NCBI GenBank assembly: GCA_963842945.1 | Contig: CAWJIM010000019.1 | Span: 480,001 to 544,000 of the forward strand | Reading direction: 5' to 3' | Length of the DNA: 64,000 nucleotides | Origin: an uncultured Gemmatimonadales bacterium | GTDB taxonomy: Bacteria; Gemmatimonadota; Gemmatimonadetes; Gemmatimonadales; GWC2-71-9 | Part shown: positions 39,163 through 49,755 of the stretch, in pieces | How the letters are laid out: each line of letters starts with the position of its first letter | Position numbering within the stretch: position 1 is the stretch's first letter | Notes under the pieces: model-generated | Databases searched by the model: none | Seen by the model: only the letters and a program-made list of their open reading frames with translations | Told to the model about the DNA's origin: nothing | Position numbers and translations under genes: made by a program

Positions 39163-40922
39163 ATGGACCGCCGTACCATCTGGGCGATACTGCTGATGAT
39201 GGCCATCGCAGTAACGCCGGCTCTCTTCTTGAAGAAGCCAAATGCGTCCGCCGCGCGAGGCGGGGCGGCGGGGCAGCGGGGCGGCGGGGCAGATAGCACG
39301 CTGCGCTGATAGCTCGTTGCCAGGTCGCCAGCCTACTCCTGATCGGGTATCTCCGCCAAAGCAGGACAGCGTAGTGCAGGATCGAACTGCCCCGCTGCCT
39401 GGCGGCCCCGCTGCCCCACCGTCCGAGAACACCATCCACGTCACCTCTCCGCTCTACCGGTACGGCGTGAGCACTCGAGGTGCTCGCCTGGTTCAGGCGA
39501 CCCTGCCACGTTATCGCTCCATGGCGCCCAGCGACAGCGGGCGCCCTGCTCAAATCCTGCCCGGAGGACAGCCGCTTACTCGGCCTGACGCTGATCGTGG
39601 GGCGCGATACCATACCCCTGGATGATTGGGCCTTCACCGCGTCAGCCGAGAGCCTCACGGTCAGCGGGCCGACGCCGCTGCAACTCAAATCCTCTCGCAA
39701 CGGCGTCAATCTGGAGCTGACCTATCTGTTCCATCCAGACGACTACCGGATCGAGGTCAGCGGGCATGCCACCGGCGTTGGTCCCAATGGAGGGCTCCTG
39801 CTGATCGGCATGGGCCCCACGCTCTCGAGCACCGAAGCCGATTCCAACGAGAATCACCGGGCGCTGGCGCTGGTCACCAAGCATAATGACACCGAGCGGC
39901 TGGATTTTGGCGGGCTCAAGCCAGGAGAGCCAAAGACCGTCAGTGGCCCACTGGAATGGGCGGCGGTGAAGTCGAAGTATTTCGTGACTGGGGTACTGGC
40001 CTACGACAGCACGGGCGGCAGCATCAGCGGGGTCACGGCGACCGCGGCTCCGGCCACAGGCAAGCATTCTACCCGGGCTTCTGTGCGGCTCAGCCTTCCG
40101 CTTCCTCCCAGTGGTAACTTCGGCTACATCGTGTACGCCGGACCCATGGAGTACGATCGGCTGGGCCGGCTGGGCCATGGGTTTGACGACGTAAACCCGT
40201 ATGGCTGGCCGGGATTCCGCACGGTGATCCGGCCGCTCGCTGCCGGGGTGCGCTGGCTTCTGGTATGGATGCACGAGCACCTGCACCTGGCGTATGGCCT
40301 GGTGCTGATCTTCTTCGGCATTCTGGTGCGTCTGCTGCTCTGGCCACTGAACCAGAAGGCCATGCGGGCCAACATGCAGCTCCAGGCCGTTCAGCCCCTG
40401 ATGAAGGAGATCCAGGAGAAGCACAAGAACGATCCCCAGAAGGTTCAGCAGGAGATGTTCAAGCTGTACAAGGAATACGGGGTGAACCCTCTGGGGGGGT
40501 GCTGGCCGATGCTGCTGCCGATGCCAGTGCTGTTTGCCCTCTTCTTCGTGTTTCAGAACACGATCGAGCTCCGGGGGGCATCCTTTCTCTGGCTGCCGGA
40601 CCTCTCCCGGCCCGATCCCCTCTATATCATCCCCGTCGTGATGGGGCTTTCGATGTTCGGCCTGAGCAAGGTGGGCCAGGTCGGGATGGAGCCGAATCCG
40701 CAGATGAAGATGATGCTCTACGTCATGCCGGCAATGATGACGTTCCTCTTTCTTAACTTCGCCTCCGGATTGAACCTCTACTACGCGATCAGCAACATCG
40801 CGAGCATCCCTCAGCAATGGATGCTGGCGCGGGAACGACAGAAGCGGACGGCCAGGAGCATCGTCGAGGTGAAGACGCGGACCCAGGAGCCCAGTCCCAA
40901 GCGAGCCAAACGCAAGGCCTGA
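39163..40922 (+). CDS. yidC: Membrane protein insertase YidC (frameshifts near 39305 and 39560)
   Basis: MDRRTIWAILLM start; LYKEYGVNPLGGCWPML, IELRGASFLWLPDLS, GLNLYY. Confidence 0.93.
39261..39418. repeat. Inverted pair of octamer arrays inside yidC
   Basis: (CGGGGCRG)x4 at 39261-39292; (CTGCCCCG-like)x4 at 39387-39418. Confidence 0.8.
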
Positions 40923-40937
40923 CCGGGAGCTGCTGCC

Positions 40938-42264
40938 ATGCTCTCGGATCCCATCGCTGCGCTCGCCACTCCACCCGGCCGCTCCGCCCTCGCTCTCATC
41001 CGTCTGAGTGGGGCAGGGGCCTTCTCAGTGGCCGATCGGGTGGTCCGGGGCTTTACCACGGACCCTCCCCGACGGGCCAACCTGGCGGCATTCTATTCGC
41101 CGAACGGCGAGCTCATCGATCGCGGTATCTACGTGGTGTTTCCCGGTCCTCATAGTTACACCGGAGAGGACCTGGTGGAGATCTCCTGCCATGGCGGATT
41201 ACAGGTTCCCGGCCGCCTGCTGGCGGCTCTGCAGGCCGCAGGCGCCCGCCCGGCCGCGCCGGGGGAGTTCACCCGCCGCGCGGTACTCAACGGGAAGCTC
41301 GACCTGGTTCAAGCCGAAGCGGTAGGCGACCTCATCGATGCGACCGCCCCGGCTCAGGCCACCAGCGCGCTCCGCCAGCTCGAGGGCGGCCTCTCGCGCC
41401 GACTTGGGGCGCTGCGGGAGGCGCTGATACAGGTCGAGGCGCTGCTGAGCTATGACATAGACTTCCCGGAGGAAGACGAAGGAGCCGGTCCCTCCTGCGC
41501 GGATTGCCGCGGAGATCGAGGGCGTCTCGACCCGGATCCGGCATCTGCTCGCGACTGCACCCTCGGCGGAGCGTCTCCGGGAAGGCGCACTGCTGGTGTT
41601 CGCCGGCCGGCCCAATGCAGGGAAGTCTTCACTCTTCAATGCCCTGCTGGGTTCTGACCGCGCCCTGGTCACCGAGGTACCCGGAACTACCCGGGACGCC
41701 GTGGAAGCCCATACCGACTTTCTCGGTTGGCCGGTGCGGCTGGCCGACACGGCGGGACTCTGGGATGCGCCGAACCGACTCGACCGGCTGGGAGTGGAAG
41801 TCAGCCAGCGCTACGTGTCGTCGGCCGACCTCGTGCTGCTGTGCGTGGAAGCAGGGCGGCTGGTGGGCGAGGACGAAGCCGCCATCGCGCGAGATCGGCC
41901 GGTGCTGCTGGTCCGCACCAAAGCCGACCTGACCACCGAGCCGGGCGAAGGCCTGCCGGTCTCGGTTCTGAGTGGCGAAGGCTTGGGAGCGCTCCGTCGG
42001 TCCGCCGCTGAGCGGATGTTTACCGAGCGCATTGCTCTGTCCGATCTCGAGCCGGGATTGACCCGCGAACGGCACCGCCTGGCGCTGGACCGCGCGCAGG
42101 CTGCTCTTACCTCCGCAATACCCCACCTGGGCCGTGGAGGCGATGCCGTGCTTGCCGCGCATCATGTTCGACAAGCCGCCGGCGCGCTGGACGAGTTGTT
42201 GGGAGCGGTGGATATCGAGGAAGTGCTGGACCGGGTGTTCGGAAGCTTTTGTGTAGGTAAGTAA
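40938..42264 (+). CDS. mnmE: tRNA modification GTPase MnmE (frameshift near 41485)
   Basis: IAALATPPG, SYTGED..EISCHGG, GRPNAGKSSL, GTTRD, C-terminal FCVGK. Confidence 0.95.
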
Positions 42265-42307
42265 AAGCCGCTCACCGCTTACGCAGTTGCAGTTCCCGCT
42301 CACGCAC

Positions 42308-43252
42308 TTAGGCGGTCTGTATCCCCTTTGCGAGCTCCTCCGCCGCCTGGAAATCCTGGACCGGAGCGCGCACCGCCTCTGCCAGCCCTCGCTCGGCTAC
42401 CAACGCCTCCGTCATTCGATATCCCAGGTAATAGCCGGCCCGTTCCGGAATGACTCTACCCGCCACCAGCCGGGCGGACGGGCTCATCCCACCCGAGAGG
42501 TAGCGCAGCCTGAGACCGAGGCCACTGCGGTCGAGATCGGGCTCGATTGCCCGGCGCAGGAATGACTCCATCTCACGAAGCCGGTGATACTGCCGGCGAG
42601 GATAGCCGAAGTAATCGGCCGCATCGAACCCGGGTGCCACGGCCTGGGCCGCGTGGACGGCCAAGCCTTCATTGATGAGCAGCTCCCGTAAGGTTGCCCG
42701 GCTGCCGGTGCTCCAGTAGTCGTAATACCCGCCGCTCTCGGTCACCAGGCGGCGCATGTCGCTGGCGCTGGTGGGAGAGGTGTACCGCACCGTGTGCGCC
42801 AGCTCGTGGGCGATCCACACCGGAATAAGGTCGGGCGGCAGACCCATGCCATAGGTCTCCGGGTTGACCCTCCCGGTGAAGTGCTCCAGGCAGATGAACG
42901 CCACGCCGCGGCTGCCGACCACCAGCTCGCCGGCGTTGGCGCCTCCTAATCCAACCATCAGATAGCTGTCGGTGGGCCGGTCGACCCGCAGCACTTCTTC
43001 GGCTCGCGCGATAGCCTCCTCGCTGAGCTGGACGAGGTCGGTGGTTGCGGCCAGTCCGTAGAGATCGCTGCGGTTGGCTTTTAGGGCGGTGGAGACGATG
43101 GTGCCGGCGTGGGGAGTATCGGGATCGAGAACGTAGTTTCGCCAGTACGCGTCGAGGATGGGACGATGGTTGTCGCGATACTGCCGATACGCCGCCTCCC
43201 GGTCGGGTGCCTCGAGCACCGCGAAGAAGTCCGGCAGGAGATTGATCAGCAC
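42308..43252 (-). CDS. Putative Zn-dependent protease (DUF2268-like)
   Basis: HELAH plus NEGLA downstream Glu; AGYYLGY motif. Confidence 0.7.
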   Translation of the reverse strand: MLINLLPDFFAVLEAPDREAAYRQYRDNHRPILDAYWRNYVLDPDTPHAGTIVSTALKANRSDLYGLAATTDLVQLSEEAIARAEEVLRVDRPTDSYLMVGLGGANAGELVVGSRGVAFICLEHFTGRVNPETYGMGLPPDLIPVWIAHELAHTVRYTSPTSASDMRRLVTESGGYYDYWSTGSRATLRELLINEGLAVHAAQAVAPGFDAADYFGYPRRQYHRLREMESFLRRAIEPDLDRSGLGLRLRYLSGGMSPSARLVAGRVIPERAGYYLGYRMTEALVAERGLAEAVRAPVQDFQAAEELAKGIQTA

Positions 43253-43296
43253 GCGAGACGATAAGAAGTCCCGGCCTGAGATGCAAGAGAGTCGAG

Positions 43297-44139
43297 CTAT
43301 TCCAGAGGGCGGGTCTTCTTCTGCTTGGCCACTTCGTCGAGGAACCGGCGTTCGGCCGGGGTGAGGCTGGAGATTCCTTTTTCGCTGATCTTGTCGAGGA
43401 CCCGGTCCACCTCGGCCGCAACCGGGTCGGCTTCCACCCGGCGGCTGGTTCGCATGGGAGTGATCGGCGTGCGCTGCTCCGGTTCGGACGATCCTGACTG
43501 GACCATCACCACCCGCTCCACGGTGCGGGTCGGCTGCGCCGGAGCCCGGCGGGAAAGCGACTGGACCCGGAAGAAGAGGTAGCCAAACAATGCCCCACCG
43601 ACGTGGGCGATGTGGGCGATGCCGTCGTTGGCCCAGAGCTGAGACCCGATCACATCCAGGGCGACCAGCCCGATCACCAGCGTGCGGGCCTTGATCGGGA
43701 CCGGCAGCGGGAAGACGATCAGTTCGGCATCAGGCCAGAACATGGCAAACGCAACGGCAACCCCCAACACTGCGCCCGAAGCGCCGACGAACGGCCCGAC
43801 GGCCAGAAGTCCTGCGAGCAGGAGCGAGAAGACCGCCGCCCCGATCCCGCAGAACAGGTAGTACATCAGGAAATTGCGACTGCCCATCCGGCTCTCCACC
43901 GCCGTGCCGAATACGAACAGCATCAGCATGTTCGCCAGCAGGTGAAGCAGCCCGGCGTGGACGAACATGTAGGAGACGAAAGTCCAGGGTCGACTGAATG
44001 CCGTCTGAGGAGAGAACTGGAGAAATCGAAACGCATCCCGCGAGGTAAACAGGGTCATAAGCATCAGCAGCACCACCGCGTTGGCGATGATGATCCGGCC
44101 GACCCAGGGAGTTATTCGGTACGAGGGAGATGATTTCAT
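43297..44139 (-). CDS. Rhomboid intramembrane serine protease with C-terminal DUF6576-like tail
   Basis: HLLANM, VGASG, AHIAHVGG; VDRVLDKISEKGISSLT. Confidence 0.9.
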   Translation of the reverse strand: MKSSPSYRITPWVGRIIIANAVVLLMLMTLFTSRDAFRFLQFSPQTAFSRPWTFVSYMFVHAGLLHLLANMLMLFVFGTAVESRMGSRNFLMYYLFCGIGAAVFSLLLAGLLAVGPFVGASGAVLGVAVAFAMFWPDAELIVFPLPVPIKARTLVIGLVALDVIGSQLWANDGIAHIAHVGGALFGYLFFRVQSLSRRAPAQPTRTVERVVMVQSGSSEPEQRTPITPMRTSRRVEADPVAAEVDRVLDKISEKGISSLTPAERRFLDEVAKQKKTRPLE

Positions 44140-44172
44140 CAGACGAAAGCCTTTACAGCTTGACCCGGAAGG

Positions 44173-45192
44173 CTAGGAGAGATCCTCTGCTCGACCGCGC
44201 CGAGCTACTCGACAGATTTGTTCGCACAGCTCGGGGAAGTCCATGCCAGACGCCCGGGCAGCCTGGGGGAGGAGGCTGGTGGCCGTCATGCCGGGCAGTG
44301 TGTTCACCTCTAAACAGAAGAGTTCACCGCTCGGTGTCAAGCGAAAATCGACCCGGGAGTAGCCTCCCAGCTTGAGCGCTTCGTGCGCGAGGAGGCTGAG
44401 CCGGCCACACTCCTTGGCCATCCCGGCCGGCAGGTCGGCCGGGAAGATCTCCTGAGACATGCCCGGGGTGTACTTGCATTCATAGTCGAAAATCTCGTGC
44501 CGCGGAATGATCTCGCCAACGGGAAGCGCCCGGCCGGCCAGAACGCCCACCGTAAGCTCTCGGCCCGGTACGAACTCCTCGATCATCACCTCATCGTCGT
44601 ACTGCCGGGCCAATGCCACTGCCGGATCAAATTCCTGGGCCGTCTTGACCACCGTAAGCCCCACCGTCGACCCCTGCTTTGAAGGCTTGACCACGACCGG
44701 CCATCCAAACTCGCGCTCAATACGGGTTTGCGCTACGGGCGCCATCACCCACCGGGCGGTCGGTACGCCGGCAGCCTGGAAGAGCCGCTTGGAGATGTCC
44801 TTGTCCATCGCCATGGCGCTACCCAGCCGGCCGCTTCCGGTGTAGGGCACTCCCACCATCTCGAGCAGGGTCTGAATGGTGCCGTCTTCGCCGCGGCCAC
44901 CATGAAGTGCAAGGAACAGCACCTCGGCGTCCCGCACCACCGCGAGATTGGCCAGTCCGGACAGGAGGAGACCCCGCTCCAAGGCCTGCAGCTGCGCGTT
45001 GGACGGCGGCTCGGTCCCGACCACCCCGGAAAGCAGGGTGGTCTCGTCCGCTTGGGGTATATACCCTCGGGCCGTGTCCACCACCGCCACTTCATGCCCC
45101 CGTGAACGCAGAGCGCCGACCACCTGCACGGCCGAGGCAATCGCCACGTCCCGTTCCGCGGAAGTCCCGCCCGTCAAGACTGTTACCCGCAT
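44173..45192 (-). CDS. ddl: D-alanine--D-alanine ligase
   Basis: GGTSAER, ALHGGRGEDG, KPSKQGST, FDYECKY, EVNTLPGMT. Confidence 0.95.
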   Translation of the reverse strand: MRVTVLTGGTSAERDVAIASAVQVVGALRSRGHEVAVVDTARGYIPQADETTLLSGVVGTEPPSNAQLQALERGLLLSGLANLAVVRDAEVLFLALHGGRGEDGTIQTLLEMVGVPYTGSGRLGSAMAMDKDISKRLFQAAGVPTARWVMAPVAQTRIEREFGWPVVVKPSKQGSTVGLTVVKTAQEFDPAVALARQYDDEVMIEEFVPGRELTVGVLAGRALPVGEIIPRHEIFDYECKYTPGMSQEIFPADLPAGMAKECGRLSLLAHEALKLGGYSRVDFRLTPSGELFCLEVNTLPGMTATSLLPQAARASGMDFPELCEQICRVARRGRAEDLS

Positions 45193-45222
45193 CGAGTTCC
45201 CGGAGAAGGCGTTCACGCAATC

Positions 45223-46614
45223 TTACCTGGTCCCGATCAGCTGCTGGAGGACGTCATAGCGGCTGACGATGCCGATCAGTTCCCCGTCCTTGCGGACCAG
45301 CGCGGCCGGACTCTCCCGGGTCAGCATGGCGCCCAGCCGATCGGTCGAGAATGTGGCATCCACCTCGGGAAAGGGCGACTCCATGACCTCGCGCACCGGC
45401 CGATCCAGCAGAGCCGGCTGGGCCAGCGCCTTGGTCATCAGACTGGCCTCGACCAGCCCGCCTACCGACTGCCCATCCTCGACCACCGGGATCTGACTCA
45501 CTCCCCAGGTGCTCATCAGGTTGAGTGCCTGGCGCACGGCAGCCGCCGGGGCGACACTGACCAGCGGTGGGGCGGTCGGGTGCCGCCGCTCGAGCAGTTG
45601 CTCGACCGTTGTCCGGGGCGGCTCCAGCATCTGGTTTTCCTGCATCCACTCGTCGCTGAAGACCTTCGAGAGGTACCGCTCACCCGTATCGCACAGGATG
45701 GTCACAATCATGGCGTTGGGATCATCCAGCTCGCGGCCCAGTTCCACCGCCAGGGCCACGTTCAGTCCGGTGGATCCTCCGGCCAGGATTCCTTCTTCCC
45801 GGGCCAGCCGACGGGTCATGACCAGGGAGGTACGATCGGGCACCTGGCGAAACTCGTCGATCCAGTCGAACCAGATGGTGGTGGGAATCTTGTCTCCTCC
45901 GATTCCCTCCACCTTGTAAGGGTGACCGGATCCAAGCGAGCGGGTCCGATGGTAGTGGGTGTATAACGAGCCAACCGGGTCGCCGGCGACGATCCGAATC
46001 CGGGGGTTTTTCTCCTTGAGGTACTTCCCGGCTCCGCTGATGGTTCCACCGGTTCCCGCGCCGGCCACCAGGTGGGTCACCTTTCCCTCGGTCTGCTCCC
46101 AGATCTCCGGTCCCATAGTGGCGTAATGAGCCTCGGGATTGATCGAGTTGTAAAACTGGTTGGCCAGGACCGCGCCCGGTGTTTCCTTGACGATCTGCTT
46201 TGCCTTCATCACATAATTGTCGGGATGGTCCGGCGGCACGGCCGTAGGAGTGATAACCACATCCGCTCCGAATGCCTTCAGCAAACGGACCTTTTCCTGA
46301 GACATCTTGTCAGGCATGGTAAAGACGCAGCGATAGCCCTTGAGTGCCGCTGCAATGGCGAGCCCCACCCCGGTGTTGCCGCTGGTTCCCTCGACAATGG
46401 TCCCCCCGGGCCGGAGCTCCCCCTTCCGTTCGGCGTCCTCGATGATGGCCAGCCCGATCCGGTCCTTGACCGATCCTCCTGGATTGACGTACTCGGCCTT
46501 TCCATAGATCGGGGTCCGAAGACCACCGCCGATGCGGGCCAGATGGATCAATGGCGTCCACCCTACCGTATCCAGGACCGACGCATAGGGACGCAAATGT
46601 TGTGGGGCTCTCAT
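45223..46614 (-). CDS. Cystathionine beta-synthase with CBS pair
   Basis: NPGGSVKDR, TSGNTG, GTGGT, YKVEGIG; C-terminal CBS domains. Confidence 0.88.
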   Translation of the reverse strand: MRAPQHLRPYASVLDTVGWTPLIHLARIGGGLRTPIYGKAEYVNPGGSVKDRIGLAIIEDAERKGELRPGGTIVEGTSGNTGVGLAIAAALKGYRCVFTMPDKMSQEKVRLLKAFGADVVITPTAVPPDHPDNYVMKAKQIVKETPGAVLANQFYNSINPEAHYATMGPEIWEQTEGKVTHLVAGAGTGGTISGAGKYLKEKNPRIRIVAGDPVGSLYTHYHRTRSLGSGHPYKVEGIGGDKIPTTIWFDWIDEFRQVPDRTSLVMTRRLAREEGILAGGSTGLNVALAVELGRELDDPNAMIVTILCDTGERYLSKVFSDEWMQENQMLEPPRTTVEQLLERRHPTAPPLVSVAPAAAVRQALNLMSTWGVSQIPVVEDGQSVGGLVEASLMTKALAQPALLDRPVREVMESPFPEVDATFSTDRLGAMLTRESPAALVRKDGELIGIVSRYDVLQQLIGTR

Positions 46615-47054
46615 TGTACCGACCCGGCGGTGCGTTGACTCCTGAACTGAACCGGCTGAAGGAATGGAGCCGCCACCGGCCGACCCTGGTGCAGGGCGGG
46701 AGAAAATTTGAGCTCAGGCGCTCCCATTAGCGCAGCCGAATCGAGAGCGGGATAGCCGCTGGACTCGGCGATCCGAATTGAATCCGGAATCACCCGGCCG
46801 GCGGAATCCGCGTATAGTCGGAGCAGTACCCGGCCCTCGATGCCCTGTGCCAGCAAGGCAGGTGGGTAGCGCACGGGGGAGATGGGATTGATCGGGACCG
46901 GCGGCTCTTCCGGTGGAGTGGGTGGCTGGAGATCAGCATGATCGACCAGTCTCATCGTGCCGTCGCCGTCGTCGGGACCACAGGCCAGGAGGCCGGTCAG
47001 GGCGAGCAGAGGGATGCTCCAGAGGCGAGGATTTCCCCTTCCGCTCCACCTCAC
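46611..47054 (-). CDS. TonB C-terminal domain protein, probable lipoprotein
   Basis: LLAC lipobox, Pro-rich linker, YP...GIEGRV, SSGYPALD, FSPA. Confidence 0.8.
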   Translation of the reverse strand: MRWSGRGNPRLWSIPLLALTGLLACGPDDGDGTMRLVDHADLQPPTPPEEPPVPINPISPVRYPPALLAQGIEGRVLLRLYADSAGRVIPDSIRIAESSGYPALDSAALMGAPELKFSPALHQGRPVAAPFLQPVQFRSQRTAGSVQ

Positions 47055-49705
47055 TTGCGTTCTCCGACCCGGCGCTGGAAGTCAGCCAGCCGGTTGAGCG
47101 CTTCGAGGGGTGTCAGGCTGTTCACGTCGATGGATCGCAGCTCCTCGACCATGGGATCGGATGCAGGGGCTCCACTGAATAACCCCAGCTGTCCCGGATC
47201 GCGCGACGCGTCTGGTGGAGCGCCGGGGACCATTCGGTGCTCGTCTTCCAGAGCCCCCAGGATCTCCTTGGCCCTGCTGACCACAGGCGCGGGCAGGCCT
47301 GCCAGCTGTCCCACATGGATGCCATAGGAACGGTTCGTGCCGCCGGGCTCCAGCCGGTGCAGGAACAGCACCGTATCGCCGGCCTCCTGTACGGCCACGT
47401 TAAAGTTGCGGGCGTGCTGCAGGCGCTCCGGCAGCTGCATCAACTCGTGGTAGTGGGTGGCGAACATGGTCTTACAGCCCACCCGGTCGTGGAGGTGCTC
47501 GGTGACCGCCCAGGCGATGGCCACTCCGTCATACGTCGAGGTTCCCCGGCCGATCTCATCCAGCAAGACCAGGCTATGCGCCGTAGCGTTATGCAGGATC
47601 GCACTGGTTTCGCTCATCTCGACCATGAAGGTGGACTGGCCGCCGGCCAGATTGTCACTGGCGCCGACGCGCGTGAACAGCCGATCGACCACTCCGACCA
47701 GGGCCTCTTCAGCCGGGACGAACGAGCCGAGCTGGGCCAGGACCACGCACAGGCCGATCTGCCGGAGAATGGTCGACTTTCCCGCCATGTTAGGGCCGGT
47801 GACCAGCGCCACTCGTTCCGCCAGGGTGAAGCGGGCATCGTTTGGGATGAACGACTCTCGCGGCATCATGCGCTCGATCACCGGATGCCGGCACTGGCGG
47901 AGCACCAGGTCGAAGCGATCGGTGACAAGGGGTCGGACGTACCGATTGCTCACCGCGCATTCGGCCAGGCCGGCCCACACATCGAGCCGGGCAACCACCT
48001 GCGCGGTCCGCTGGATCCGGGTAATGGCTCGACCAACGGCTGCTCTCAAGGCGCCGAACAGCTCTGCTTCGCGCGAGGCGATCCGTTCTTCGGCACCCAG
48101 GACTCTCGACTCATACTCTTTGAGCTCGGGCGTCACGTAGCGTTCGGCGGTGGCGAGGGTCTGCCTCCGCTCGTAATCAGCCGGTATCCGCGCGCTGTGG
48201 GTGTGGGTGACTTCGAGATAGTACCCGAAAACCTTGTTGAAGCCCACCTTCAACGAGGGGATCCCGGTCCGCTCCCGTTCCCGCTGCTGTAGCGAGGCGA
48301 TGTATTGCCGGCCCCCGTCCCTGAGGCTTCGAAGCTCATCCAGATCCGTATCGTAGCCCGGACGAATGATCTCACCATCGCCCAAAGTGGCCGGAAGGCG
48401 GTCGGCCAGACCGGCTTCGAGATCCACCGTCAAATCCGCCAGCAGATCCAGCTCGTCTGCCGCCAGCGCCAGGGCCTGGCTCCGTTGTCCGTTGGGCAGG
48501 GCGGAACCGGCAAGCTCGGTCAAACCGCCGGCGACGTCAGGCAGCCTCTGGAAGGAGTCACGCAGGGCTCCCATCTCCCTGGGTGTGGCTCGGCCGGAAG
48601 CGGCCCGGCCCGCCAGCCGCTCGAGATCACGTACGCCATCCAGCGCCTCGCGCAGCCGGGACCGGCCGCGGCTGTCCCGGACCATCACCTCGACCGCATC
48701 GAGCCGATGGTCGATATCGGCCGGCTTCGATAGAGGAGAGAGCAGCCACTGCCGCAGCAGTCTAGCGCCCATCGGGGTTAGCGTTGCGTCGATCGTCTCC
48801 AGCAGCGTGCAGCCGCGCACGCCGGCGCGTAACGGCTCGACCAGCTCCAGGTTTCGCCGGGTCATCTCGTCCAGCCAGAGGAAGCTCTCGGGACGGCGGA
48901 CACCTGGACGGGCGAGATGGGGGAGTCCGGCGGGCTGAAGGTCGGTCAGGTACCGCAGCAGCGCACCCGCAGCGCCGAGGGCCAGCTCGTCTTCGGGCCC
49001 GATACCCAAGCCGTCCAGACCGGCCAGGTTGAAGCGGCGGGCAAGATCATCTCGAGCGAGGGCCGGATCGAATTCCCAGGGCTCCCGGGATGTGACCAGC
49101 GGGGCAGCAGGGCAGCGGGGCAGCGGGGCAGAATTGGTGCTGGAGACAACAATCTCGGCAGGGAGGAGCCGGGACAACACCTCTTCGAGACCCGACTCAA
49201 TCAAGGTCTCCAGGACGAACTCTCCAGTGCTCAAGTCGACGTAAGCAACCCCGACCAGGCTCTCGCTGCTGCCCCGCTGCCCCACTGCCCCGCTGCCCGG
49301 CTGTATTGCCACCAGCCAGTTGTTCCGCGATCCGGCCACCCACCCATCCTGCAAGAGCGCGCCCGGCGTGACCGTCTCGACTACCTCGCGGCGGACCAGT
49401 CCCCGGGCCAGCTTGGGGTCTTCCACCTGCTCGCAGATGGCGACCCGGTGTCCTGCGCCTACCAGTTGTCGGAGGTATTCTGCCGCGGCCTTGACCGGAA
49501 CGCCGGCAAGAGGAACGCCGTCGCCGCGAGAGGTCAGTGCGATGTCGAGAATCCTGGCGGCCAGCTCGGCGTCTTCGTTGAACATCTCGTAGAAGTCGCC
49601 CACGCGATAAAAGAGAATCGCGTTCCGGTGCTGCGTCTTCATCTCCCGCCAATGCTTGAGCATCGGCGGGGTCGGGGCCGCGCTGTCCTGGCTGACCGGA
49701 GGCAT
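47051..49705 (-). CDS. mutS: DNA mismatch repair protein MutS
   Basis: GDFYEMF, VAICEQ, TGPNMAGKST, STFMVEM, DEIGRGTST, FATHYHEL, SYGIHV. Confidence 0.97.
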   Translation of the reverse strand: MPPVSQDSAAPTPPMLKHWREMKTQHRNAILFYRVGDFYEMFNEDAELAARILDIALTSRGDGVPLAGVPVKAAAEYLRQLVGAGHRVAICEQVEDPKLARGLVRREVVETVTPGALLQDGWVAGSRNNWLVAIQPGSGAVGQRGSSESLVGVAYVDLSTGEFVLETLIESGLEEVLSRLLPAEIVVSSTNSAPLPRCPAAPLVTSREPWEFDPALARDDLARRFNLAGLDGLGIGPEDELALGAAGALLRYLTDLQPAGLPHLARPGVRRPESFLWLDEMTRRNLELVEPLRAGVRGCTLLETIDATLTPMGARLLRQWLLSPLSKPADIDHRLDAVEVMVRDSRGRSRLREALDGVRDLERLAGRAASGRATPREMGALRDSFQRLPDVAGGLTELAGSALPNGQRSQALALAADELDLLADLTVDLEAGLADRLPATLGDGEIIRPGYDTDLDELRSLRDGGRQYIASLQQRERERTGIPSLKVGFNKVFGYYLEVTHTHSARIPADYERRQTLATAERYVTPELKEYESRVLGAEERIASREAELFGALRAAVGRAITRIQRTAQVVARLDVWAGLAECAVSNRYVRPLVTDRFDLVLRQCRHPVIERMMPRESFIPNDARFTLAERVALVTGPNMAGKSTILRQIGLCVVLAQLGSFVPAEEALVGVVDRLFTRVGASDNLAGGQSTFMVEMSETSAILHNATAHSLVLLDEIGRGTSTYDGVAIAWAVTEHLHDRVGCKTMFATHYHELMQLPERLQHARNFNVAVQEAGDTVLFLHRLEPGGTNRSYGIHVGQLAGLPAPVVSRAKEILGALEDEHRMVPGAPPDASRDPGQLGLFSGAPASDPMVEELRSIDVNSLTPLEALNRLADFQRRVGERK
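49100..49300. repeat. Inverted pair of octamer arrays inside mutS
   Basis: (CGGGGCAG-like)x4 at 49100-49131; (CTGCCCCG-like)x4 at 49269-49300. Confidence 0.85.
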
Positions 49706-49755
49706 AGCAGGCAATATAACGATCGCCCACTCCGGCCAGCCGAGGCGCGCCTGGT

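Noticed and set aside
39261..49300. Octamer arrays as CRISPR repeats or IS ends
   Set aside because: No repeat-spacer periodicity, no cas or transposase gene, and no target-site duplication seen.
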